Assembly (NCBI RefSeq): GCF_032444005.1
Contig: NC_091283.1
Coordinates: 467,728,001-467,792,000, forward strand
DNA length: 64,000 nucleotides
Direction: 5' to 3'
Origin: Ranitomeya imitator
Lineage: Eukaryota
In this document: piece after piece, positions 23,322 to 34,088 of the stretch
Position numbering within the stretch: position 1 is the first letter of the stretch
Layout: the number at the start of each line of letters is the position of its first letter
Program-made: the position numbers and the translations under genes
Notes under the pieces: model-generated
Databases searched by the model: none
Seen by the model: the letters and a program-made list of their open reading frames with translations, nothing else
Told to the model about the DNA's origin: nothing

Positions 23322-26300
23322 GTAGGTACCGCAGCCAGGTCAGTAGATGAAGAGAGAGAGAAAAGACTTCACATACAGCTGTTGTAGAACTATAAGCCCC
23401 GGCTTACCCTCTAAAGGACTACTCAGATGCAGCTGTGGTAGAACTACAAGCCCCAGCATATCCTGTATAGGACTTCTCAGATACAGCTGTGGTAGAACTA
23501 CAAGCCCCAGCATATCCTGTATAGGACTTCTCAGATACAGCTGTGGTAGAACTACAAGCCCCAGCATCTCCTGTATAGGACTTCTCAGATACAGCTGTGG
23601 TAGAACTGCAAGCCCCAGCATACTCTGTAAAGGAATTATCAGATGTAGTTCTACCACAGCTGTAGCTGAGAAGTCCTATACAGGAGATGCTGGGGCTTGT
23701 AGTTCTACCACAGCTGTATCTGAGAAGTCCTATACAGGATATGCTGGGGCTTGTAGTTCTACCACAGCTCTATTTGAGAAGCCCTTTACAGGATATGCTG
23801 AGACTTGTAGTTCTACCACAGCTCTAAGCCCCAGCATCTCCTGTATAGGACTTCTCGAATACAGCTGTGGTAGAACAACAAGCCCCAGTCCCCCTTTATC
23901 ATAGTAATGTTCCACAAAACTTTACAGTTTTTCTGTGTTTTTTGTGCCCCTCAGACGGGCGATACACATTAGTGTAAAGACAGAACGGTGACAATATGGC
24001 CGAACACTGCAGTAGAGGCGCCTGTTCTCTGTTATCAGCCGGACTGTGCAGTGCTCGGTGTGTGATCCTCTGCCCTATGATAATGGTGCTGCACTATTAG
24101 GGTGTGTGGCCCTTTAATCCTCAGTCTCGCAGAGGCGTATAGTGAAATAGTGGCGGTTACCAATATGAGTGCACTTTTCTAGTAAATGAGTGTGATGATC
24201 CGCTAAGTGCTGGAAACGTGAACGGCGACGGCTAACCTCTCACCACGGAAAGATGACATGAGGGACATGTAAAGGGCACCTAACAAATATTCAGACACTT
24301 CCTCGGGTATAAAATACCCAGAACCGTGATTCTAGAACACAATGACAATAAGCGGCCGCACTATTAATCGGTGCGGTCAGCGAGGCAGGTGACACGTTTC
24401 GGTGTGGCAGTCAGGCTCACAGTGGGAAGATTTTTCCAGCTCTCCGACTGGTAGTGATTCCTTTTGTGCCCCTTAAGTCCATACCTTATACTGGTGTCAG
24501 GGTCCCTTTAAAGGGGTCTCATCATAGCCATCGCTAGTGTATCTGATCAATAGGGATCTCTGGCCTTTAGATCCACCTGATCCCTAGGCAGAAGGATCCA
24601 TGGTACTAGGTAAAGTCCCATTGCCGATGTTCTACGACATGTTGCACAATCCAAAGAAGCACTGAAAATAAAGCATTTTATATTGTTACACCTGAATGAC
24701 TGAAGCTAAGCTGCAATGCCACACACAGCCTGCTGACAAGTGTGGCGCTGTTTTAACAAATCATACTTTTCTGTTTTCTAAAACTCCAGATGGCAAAATA
24801 GTTCTCTGGCCAGCAGCCATCTTCCCAATCAAGGTTTTTTTGGTTCATGCATGGAGATCAGCTGCACGGGGGGTACGGTAGCTGCTTATCCCCCAGGGAA
24901 GCAAAGGATCGGACAGGTTTTCATTAATCAGTGAAACTTTAGTGGTCAGCAGCAGCTGCCGGTGGGATCTGTAGACCCCGCTGTATAAGAAGTGCGGACG
25001 TCTACAAAAATGGAGTCACCGGCCAGATTGTGTAATAATCCGGGCGTCTCCGCCAGTGATCAGTGTGCAGCTCTTAATGGCACTTGTTCTTCTCCAAGGT
25101 TCTTATACATACTTCACACTCCAGAGACTTGGATGCCAGAAATTCCTCCAGCAAATCTGTGTTACTTCCCGCTAGAGGACATTTACACCTTCCCTTTAAA
25201 GGGGATTTCCTCTCATCATAAATGGCTAAAATTGAAAATTTCTTGTAATAATTTATTAAAAATCATGAAAGAGTTAGTCTAAAAAGTTGTGACTTATGGC
25301 ATCAATTAGTGATGAGCAAACGTGCTCGGATAAGGTGTTATCTCAGCATGCTCAAGTGCTAACCGAGGGTCCTCGGTGTGCTCGAATAATGTGTTCATTT
25401 TGTAGCATATGCTTTTTCTTGCACCAATCATTGACTTACGTATAATTTTAGCCCTTTCTTTGCCGCAGCTGCTGCAGAACATCCTAAGGATTTCCTCGGA
25501 GATCTGTATGCATTTCCCGTAGCTTTGCTCTTGCATAATGTCACATTCTTATAACGTGAGCCCACATATAATATAGTAGAGACCAGGTAAATAATCATGT
25601 CCGTGACTTATCATATCCGTCTTCCTCTTCTACAGGACCTACCCACGTCCATATGAATACATCCCAGTGAAAAGTCTGCCCAAAGTCTGGGACTGGCGGA
25701 ACGTCAACGGCACCAACTATGTCAGCTCCACCCGAAACCAGCACATTCCACAGTACTGTGGCTCATGCTGGGCACATGGGAGTACAAGCGCTATGGCCGG
25801 TGGGTTCTAGTAAACTGACCAGTGCTCCCAAGGCCACGTGCACACGGTCAGTATTTGTAAGCCAAAACCAGGAGTGGGACAATCAGGAAAAGTATAATAG
25901 AAACACGTTGCCACTTCTGTATTTATCACCCACTCCTGGTTTTGGATTACAAATACTGATGTAAAATACTGACCAAATACTGAGGTAAAAAAACTGTCCA
26001 AAAACTGAGGTAAAAACTGACCAAATACTGAGGTAAAAAAAAACTGACTAAATACTGAGGTAAAAAAAACCTTACTAAATACTGAGGTAAAAAACTGACC
26101 AAATACCGAGGTAAAAAACTGACCAAATACTGAACGTGTGCATGTGTCCCTAAGAGGAAGAAAAAAAGAAAGCTCAGTCCAGTTTCTTGTAATGACACAA
26201 ATTTGTTGAGTTTTCTCCATCTCTTTGGCTTTTGCTGCACACATAGTAATAACACGGAGCTGCGCTGCACTGTAAACCTTAGGATTAACGTGGCAGTGGT

Positions 26301-29300
26301 CTTACGTATATTAAGTTCCTGCTGTTACAAAGGGTTTCTCTCTCCAAACTGCTGCTTTGTCCTCCATGCTTGACACTTTACCTTTGTTCGCTTAGAGAAA
26401 GTCAAACTAAACTCATCCAGAAACTCAGTGCCGTTATCATTAAAAGGGGTATTCCCATCTCCAAGATCCTGTCCCAATATGTAGTAGGTGTAATAATAAT
26501 AATATTAGGAAACACCTTCAATGAGAAATGTAGTATAGTTTTTCTGATTCGCTGTGTCGCTTACCCCATGTGCAGGGCATTGCAGTAGCTTAAGTATCCA
26601 TGGTTACAACCACTTATAGAGTGACAGTTAGTTGTTGGTGGTCATAACGATGGATATGTAAGCTAGAGACATAGCAAATCAGAAGAACTATACTATATTT
26701 CTAATAGAAGGTATTTGCTAATATTATTATACCTACTACTTGGGAGATGGGAATACTCCTTTAAGGTTCGATAAGTAATTAAATTGCCAATAAAAACAAG
26801 CTTACACGGTTACCGTCACACAAAACTAGGGGATATGAGCACATTTATTTACTATAAGGAATAGTTTCAGGGTTTTCTACACCCTAGAACTGAAGATGAT
26901 ATTGGTTCTCTTTCAGACCGGATTAATATTAAGAGGAAAGGAGCGTGGCCTTCAGCTTACCTGTCTGTGCAGAACGTGATAGACTGTGGAGAAGCAGGAT
27001 CCTGTGAGGGTGGTGATCACGGAGGAGTGTGGGACTACGCCAGTAGGCATGGCATCCCGGACGAAACCTGCAACAACTACCAGGCAAAGGACCAGGGTAG
27101 GAGGACCTCATCAGCAGGGTGACCTCATCAGCAGGGTGACATGTGTCCTTCAGAGGTCAGCCGTATGCTGAATTCGGACATGCGTGGAACACTGATACGT
27201 ACCGCGATGTGAGGCTTGGCCGCGGGTCTCTTGAACCACACTTAACAGCTACAGGCATATATGAGGCTGTTGGGTTTGGTTAGGGAGCAGTGATGGGTCG
27301 TTCGCGACTGATATGAGAGAAAGAACCAGCTCCTTGCTGGGAATGATGGGAGCTGGCACCCCCGTAAGTGCAACTAAATTCTCCGAATGGCTCTCACTGT
27401 GTGTGTTAATTTCATTCATCTTCAATGTTTGCTCACCTACGGTAAACACACATTTAATAGAGATCCATAAGAGTCGGCTCTTTATGGTGAGCGGAGCCAA
27501 GTGATCCAGATCACCAAAAAGAGCCAGACTGCCCGTCACTAGACCTGAGGCCAGTCTATAAAGTACACAGACGTCTAAACTGAGCCTTAGTTCTGGCGGA
27601 TTATCAAGAGTGACTTGCATCAAATTGTTTTCCAGCTCCATGCTATTCTCTCGTTTGAGGAAGGGCGTGAGGCCGCCCTAAAATACCCTCCTAAAATACC
27701 ATGAATTTGCTTTACATCGGTTATTATTATAATGGGGCACACACAATAGTGATCCTGCTCCCTACAGTAAAAAGGGTGTCAACATTAACGGCCTAGCCCT
27801 AGGATTAATGCGGGTGCACCCTCCAGGACTAGCTATCAAGGTCCCACTCTGACGCATCCCCCCCATACATCTGATCGTCCATAGAGGACCTCTATACAAC
27901 ATTTTAATTTTTCCCATACAAGTATTTAGGAAGGAGAAGCGGCCCCTTCATTGCGCTGATCCGTGAGCTTCTGGAAATCAGACGCCTCAACGATAAAACA
28001 TTAATGGCGCATCCTACAGATATCAGTGATGAAGTCTTGCAGAACCTCTTTAATTCCCCTATGACGTTGCCAAACATAGTAAGCTACCTCAATACCAATA
28101 ATAGTCCGGACTGTTATGATCAGGTGACCTTGGAGCAACATGAAAACTTTCACTGGAGTAGGTGGTAACTATACTGACCGCAAACCCTGATCTTATCACC
28201 GCAACTAGAAGTAGCCGTGGGGTGTACCTAACAAACCCTAGACACCTCGACACAGCCGGAGGACTAAATACCCCTATAGATGGAAATAGGAATTCTACCT
28301 TGCCTCAGAGCAGAACCCCAAAGGATAGACAGCCCCCCACAAATATTGACTGTGAGTAGTAGAGGAAAAGACACACCCAGGCAGAAAACAGGATTTAGCA
28401 AATGAGGCACACACTAGCTAAATAGGAAAGGATAGGACAGGATACTAAGCGGTCAGTATTAAAAATCCTTCCAAAAAATCCACAGCAGAAAATACAAAAA
28501 CGCCACCATCTAACTAAAGATGTGGAGTGTATATCTGCATCTCCAGAGAATCCAACAAGACTGAGAAAACACTGACAAAGACTAAGCTGGACAAGAGAAA
28601 AACAAATGAATAGCACAGAATATAAGCACACTGCATGTGTGCCACAGAAACAAAAACCAGACACTTATCTTTGCTGAATTGACAGCTGAGCAGGAGAAGC
28701 CAGAAAGAGATCCAACACTTCAGAAGAAACATTGACAACTGGCAAGGACTAATGAATCCTGCACACCTAAATATCCCAGTCAGAACTGGCCAGGACTGTG
28801 ACTCAGAGACAACTGCATTCCCACCTACAACCACTGGTGGGAACCCAAGAGCAGAATTCACAACACCGGACCTCCCTAGAATTGCCAGCATAGCAGACAA
28901 TGAGAACGGTGGTAACTGCAGTGCCAGTAAGCGCCCCTAGACCCCCCCCAACCACAGTGCTCCTATATATTACATATAGACAGTACACGATATTTATTTG
29001 TATTTTTTTCACACTAGATTTAAATGATTTAACATATTCTATGTGACCATACATTAGACCTTCTTTACAGATCTGTCTGTGGGTGTAACAAATGGCTGCA
29101 GCTGGAGCCTCCCCCCACCGCTATCTGCAATAAAAGCCGCCAGCCCTCATTATCTGTAAGGTGTCAGAAGAACCCTTGTAATAGTTATGACCCCTGCAAT
29201 TCCCAACCTTTCTCATTCCTGCGTCTTATTTCCATGGAATCCAGCATAAGGCTGTGTGCACACGATGCAGATTTAGTGCAGATCTGCTGCGTTTTTTTCT

Positions 29301-31899
29301 GCGCAGAAACGCTGCAGATCTGCACTGTGATGTACAGTACAATGTAAATCAATGTGAAAAAAAAAAATATGGGCACATGGTGCAGAAAAATCCGCTCAGA
29401 AAGTGCAGATTTCAAAGAAGTGCATGTCACTTCTTTTGTGCAGATCTGCAGCGTTTCTGCACCCCTCCATTATAGAAATCCACAGTGGTAAAATCCGCAT
29501 CAATTCCGCACAAAAAATGCACTAAAACCGCAGCAAATCCGCAGGTGCGGATTCTGCCAGGACATGCGGATTTTGTGCAGAAAATTCTGCACCTCTTTTC
29601 TTACGTGTGCACATAGCCTAAAGCTTCTCATGAGCGCTCTGCTCAGTTATCGCTAAACATACAGCAGAGAATAGAAATGGTGCAGAAAGCAAAATAATAC
29701 ATAACGTGTATGTAGCCCCCCGTAACAGTCGTCTGCGGGAGCAGGAATCAATTCTACCATGTTATTTCTTACTCTTCAGAGTGCAACAAGTTTAACCAGT
29801 GTGGCACCTGCATCACGTTCGGCAAATGCTTCAACCTCTCCAATTATACGCTGTGGAAAGTCGCTGACTACGGCGCGGTCAGCGGGAGGGAAAAGATGAT
29901 GGCAGAGATCTACAAGAATGGACCGATCAGGTAAAAAAATGGCACCTTTCACTATGCCAATGGCTGTAACCGACCAGAGGCTGAGGCAGCACCATGCTGA
30001 GATGTTACAATAGAGGTCCCTTTAGGCACCATGACATAATATCAATGTATAAGAGAATATGGAGCTGTATAACATCGACAAACCTGCAGCTGGTTGGTGA
30101 TCATATATCTATGTAGGTGGTCAAATGTAAACGAGCGCTTACACTAGTCATGTCTAAAGATGCATCAGCTTTATCACACAGCATGAACCACCATGAGAAA
30201 TAGTGTGCCTTTCAAAAAGGTTTTCTGGAGACGTCCAGAGCTGCTAATAAAGATCATGCTTTGCCCCCTCCAACCTGCAGTACACACAAGTGTCATGCTC
30301 CGCCCCGACCATCCCTAGGCATAAGTGTCATGCTCCTCCCCGACCAACCCTAAACATAAGTGTCATGTTTAGGGTTGGTCGGTGTGGAGCATGACATGCC
30401 TAGGGTTGGTCAGGGCGGAGCATGACACTTATGCCTAGGGTCGGGCGGGGGCGGAGCATGACACTTATGTTTAGGGTTGGTCTGGGCGGAGCATGACACT
30501 TATGTTTAGGGTTGGTCTGGGCGGAGCATGACACTTATGTTTAGGGTTGGTCTGGGCGGAGCATGACACTTATGTTTAGGGTTGGTCTGGGCGGAGCATG
30601 ACACTTATGTTTAGGGTTGGTCGGGGCAGAGCATGACACTTATGTTTAGGGTTGGTTGGGGCGGAGCATGACACTTATGTTTAGGGTTGGTTGGGGCGGA
30701 GCATAAGTGTCATGCTCACCCCGCTCAACCCTAAACATAAGTGTCATGCTCACCCCGCTCAACCCTAAACATAAGTGCATGCACTAGACACAACCTTGTC
30801 ATACTCTACTCTCCACTGCTACACTTAGACATAACCATTTTACATAGAACATTTATTTAATTTTTGGTAAACGAGTCATTTGTACATATCGTTATTAAGC
30901 ATGCAGATTTAACACTTGTTGCTTTCTTCAGCTGCGGGATAATGGCTACAGAAAATCTTGATGCCTATACTGGGGGGCTGTATGCCGAGTACCAGCCAAA
31001 CCCTATGGTGAACCACATAGTCTCCGTGGCTGGATGGGGCCTAGATGAAAATGGAGTGGAGTACTGGGTGGTTCGGAACTCCTGGGGAGAGCCATGGGTG
31101 AGTACTGTATCTGGTACGGCATGTAATAGACCGCCAGGGTCCTAGCATTGCACCTGCAAGCAGGAGGTGCAGCTCTAGGACTGCTGTGAATGGCTGGACC
31201 AGAAATTCTAGGTAATTTACAATACAGCCCATGTCGGGGATTTGAAAAATTCGGAGGTCTGTAGTGTTTGCCCCTAAAACTAGAAACCACAGTCAGGACT
31301 TTGATTATTACTGCTCCCAATGTCCCAATTCAGAGACCCCACTGGTGACATCCTTGACAAGGCCATGCCTCGCGCAGCACCATATGTCCCAGTAAATCTA
31401 CTGCTCCTGCCCCACTGCAATCTTTATTTCCATAGTACATGGGCTGGCATTATGTAGAAAACATTAAAAAAAAACACACAAAAAAACCCACTTTTTCTAT
31501 AATCCTATATTACACAATTTTTACTACTTGACACAAGGCAACTTCTGGCTATGGGCTGTCTCTAATATTGACTTGAAAGGGTTTGAGCTGCAATACCAGA
31601 CTCAGCCTGTGGACAAGAGTGGCGCTGTGAAAAAAGGGAAAAAAATTTATACAATTATACAACACCCCTTAAGGCCGATTTACATAAAATAATCATGGTT
31701 CACATATACATTCTTAGGGGCTTTAGCAATAATAGTCACACGTGTTGTACATCAATGATAAAACTACTTATTCATCGGTACTCAGGGTGAGAAAGGCTGG
31801 CTGCGAATTGTGACAAGCACATACAAAGGAGGCCAGGGAGCGGACTATAACCTGGCCATTGAGCAGGACTGTGTTTATGGAGATGTAATAGTGCCTTGA
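23209..31899 (+). CDS. CTSZ: Cathepsin Z (cathepsin X), complete six-exon gene, 295 aa
   Basis: join(23209-23321,25636-25799,26917-27096,29780-29930,30932-31097,31786-31899) = 888 nt, all GT-AG, phases consistent; [14 protein letters not shown] mini-loop, [16 protein letters not shown]. Confidence 0.96.
23365..23888. repeat. 54-bp unit fold-back array in CTSZ intron 1
   Basis: About 5 direct units CTGTGGTAGAACTACAAGCCCCAGCATATCCTGTATAGGACTTCTCAGATACAG, about 3 inverted units (about 23645-23822), then one direct unit. Confidence 0.85.
25636..25799 (+). CDS. CTSZ: Cathepsin Z exon 2
   Basis: [54 protein letters not shown]; AG/GT boundaries, 164 bp. Confidence 0.96.
25832..26150. mobile_element. 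Harbinger-type MITE with internal ~24-bp tandem repeats
   Basis: Ends GGCCACGTGCACACG / CGTGTGCATGTGTCCC-TAA; internal AAATACTGAGGTAAAAAACTGACC repeats. Confidence 0.55.
26445..26760. mobile_element. TTAA-flanked MITE (Kolobok-like ends)
   Basis: TIRs AGGGGTATTCCCATCTCCAAG / CTTGGGAGATGGGAATACTCCT with TTAA flanks; boundaries +/-1 bp. Confidence 0.6.
26917..27096 (+). CDS. CTSZ: Cathepsin Z exon 3
   Basis: [59 protein letters not shown]; 180 bp. Confidence 0.96.
28112..28865 (-). mobile_element. Solo LTR (754 bp) in CTSZ intron 3
   Basis: TGTTATG...ACAACA termini flanked by direct repeat CCGGAC (28106-28111, 28866-28871); orientation inferred from the related LTR end at 60668. Confidence 0.8.
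29250..29618. mobile_element. Harbinger-type MITE
   Basis: TIRs GGCTGTGTGCACACG / CGTGTGCACATAGCC, TAA on both sides. Confidence 0.8.
29780..29930 (+). CDS. CTSZ: Cathepsin Z exon 4
   Basis: [49 protein letters not shown]; 151 bp. Confidence 0.96.
30288..30776. repeat. 35-bp minisatellite with inverted flanking units, CTSZ intron 4
   Basis: Unit CATGACACTTATGTTTAGGGTTGGTCTGGGCGGAG; about 2 inverted, about 9 forward, about 2 inverted copies. Confidence 0.85.
30932..31097 (+). CDS. CTSZ: Cathepsin Z exon 5
   Basis: [55 protein letters not shown]; catalytic His and Asn. Confidence 0.96.
31786..31899 (+). CDS. CTSZ: Cathepsin Z exon 6 (terminal)
   Basis: [37 protein letters not shown]. Confidence 0.96.
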   Translation, partial: GEKGWLRIVTSTYKGGQGADYNLAIEQDCVYGDVIVP

Positions 31900-32125
31900 T
31901 GACTACAAGATGGACAAGGAAGGCAGAATCTGCTGCAATCTGCATTTACCGCCTTGCTAGGAATGGGACAGTCTGCAGAGTCCGAGAGAACCACGGTACA
32001 TCACACAACCGCATCAGCACCACAGGGACTGGAGCCCGATGCCGACAAGACATCTTCTTTTATTACCAAATCTGTTGTATAGATTGTGATTTTTACCTGT
32101 ACATCGCTGTATTTTCATAGAGTGC

Positions 32126-32154
32126 AATAAACTGACCGCCGGCCATGTAATAAA
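32126..32154 (+). terminator. Candidate CTSZ polyadenylation signals
   Basis: AATAAA at 32126-32131 and 32149-32154, about 230-250 bp after the stop codon. Confidence 0.55.
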
Positions 32155-32402
32155 ACGCCAACAAGGACAATAATGCGGGAGCACAAGTGCCCGAATAGGA
32201 CACATGCTGAGAACGTGGTCTGTGTGTGACGCAGTAATGATTCAGGAACATAATTAAAATCTGTTATTATGTAAAAAGCTGGAGAATTTCTATTTATTTG
32301 CAGACCGGCTGCGCACAGATACAGCCGAGCAAAGATTTGCCCCTGGCTCGTCAGACCAGGACGGTCATTGCTTCCTAAGCCCCTGGGAGTCACTTGCACT
32401 TA

Positions 32403-33579
32403 GGCTGGTTTCACATTTGCGTTTTTTGCCGCTGCGTTTTAGCGCAAAAAAAGCATGCGTTTTTTTTCCCCTATATTTAACATTAAAAACGCATTCGTTT
32501 TTTTTGCATGCGTTTTGCCGCGTTTTGACAACGCATGCGTCGTTTCTATGCATGCGTTTTGTTGCAGAAATGCAACATGTAGTACCGTATTTTTCGGACT
32601 ACAAGACGCACTTTTTCCCCCCCAAAAAAGGGGGGAAAATGGGGGGTGCGTCTAATAGTCGCCATGCAGGCTTACCGTGGCGGCAGAGGAGGCGCAGTAA
32701 GCGGGGTCCCTTTCTCCGGTGAGGTGATGCAGAGCGTTTCATCTGCACACGCGTGGCCTCAGGAAGATGGCCGCGCCCACCGATAACAACAGGATTCACC
32801 CGGCTCTGCTGCTTACCGGGCTGCTGCATCACCATACCGGGGAAAGGGACCCCGCTTACTGCGCCTCCGCCGCCACGGTAAGCCTGGGACCCCTCTCACG
32901 CCATACCTCTCACCACACCTCCTGATACCAGCACCTCCTCATCCCAGCACCTCCTCATCCCAGCATCACCCCACCTCTGCCGCCACCTTGCCTCCTGTGA
33001 CCCTGCTCTGCCACCGCCAGCCCTCAGGTAAGATACTGTAAATTCGGACAATAAGACGGACCCCCATCTTATAAAAAATCTTTTTTTCTGCAATTTTCAC
33101 CCCAAATTTGGGGTGCGTCTTATAGTCCGAAAAATATGGTAATTTCTAGCGGCGTTTTTTTGCCACAAAAAAAAACCGCATGCTTTTTTTGCGGCAAAAA
33201 AAGTATTGCTGTCTATGTAAACGCATGCGTTTTTAAGCACATGCGTTTTAATAGAAAAACACAAGAATACACACTGATAAGCCACGCCCCAACCCTAAGG
33301 GTTAGGATCCCTAGGGTTACTAGGGATCCTAACCCTAGCTATTTCTGTTTATAGTGGGTTTTCTAGATGAGTTTGATGATTGGCAGCTGTCCCACACTTC
33401 TCATCATGCGTTTCAAAAACGCAAACGCAGGAAAAAACGCATGTAAACGCGTCAAAACGCCGCGTTTGTTTTAAAACATGCAAAAATGCATGCGTCTAAA
33501 AAAAAAACGCAGCGTTTAAACGCGTTTTTTCACATGCGTTTAAAACGCTGCGTTTTTAAACGCAAATGTGAAACCAGCC
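32403..33579. mobile_element. Harbinger-derived MITE
   Basis: TIRs GGCTGGTTTCACATTTGCG / CGCAAATGTGAAACCAGCC, TTA on both sides; subtermini resemble the Harbinger at 54779. Confidence 0.85.
32585..33139. mobile_element. Tc1/mariner (Tc2/pogo-like) MITE nested in the Harbinger MITE
   Basis: TIRs CCGTATTTTTCGGACTACAAGACGCAC / GTGCGTCTTATAGTCCGAAAAATATGG, TA on both sides. Confidence 0.8.
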
Positions 33580-34053
33580 TTACAGAGTCCCCTGCGATGT
33601 GCAAGTACCATGAAATATGAGGTATCGACCCAATAGGCTCTGCGCCCTGACGTGTGTTTCGCTTGCGCTTCTTCACAGGGCAATAAGTACAATAAAGACA
33701 TACATCCGGGTGCAAAGAGTTATTTTATCCTGATGGAGTGTGCGGGATCTATTTTCTCGCTGCATCATTTCTCTATTATTATCACTCATAGAAAGGTATG
33801 AGGAGGCCACAGGATAAGTTCCACTGTTAAAACACACACAGTAATACCTCTCTAATAAGGCACATCTTTCTCAGCATAAAAGATGCACAAACCAAACGTG
33901 TACAATAAAATGTATTTATAAAAAAAAAAAAATTCCAAAAGCAAATACCATAACAATGCATTTTAAAAAGGGCAGGGAAAGTATATACATACACACACAA
34001 AAACAGAAACGAGAAGATTCCTCTCACGCCCCGTGAACGTCCTTTGGGGCTGG

Positions 34054-34088
34054 TCAGTGTATCATAATGAATTTGGATTTGCAGTGAG
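34054..34088 (-). CDS. NELFCD: NELFCD terminal coding exon
   Basis: TTTCAG|CT CAC TGC AAA TCC AAA TTC ATT ATG ATA CAC TGA = (A)[10 protein letters not shown]. Confidence 0.9.

Noticed and set aside
27760-28100. Possible decayed retroelement coding sequence (PYKYLG-like)
   Set aside because: Single short motif; cannot be supported without a profile search
21346-30776. Regular repeats that could be taken for CRISPR arrays
   Set aside because: Units are contiguous with no unique spacers, there are no cas genes, and the DNA is intron-containing vertebrate sequence
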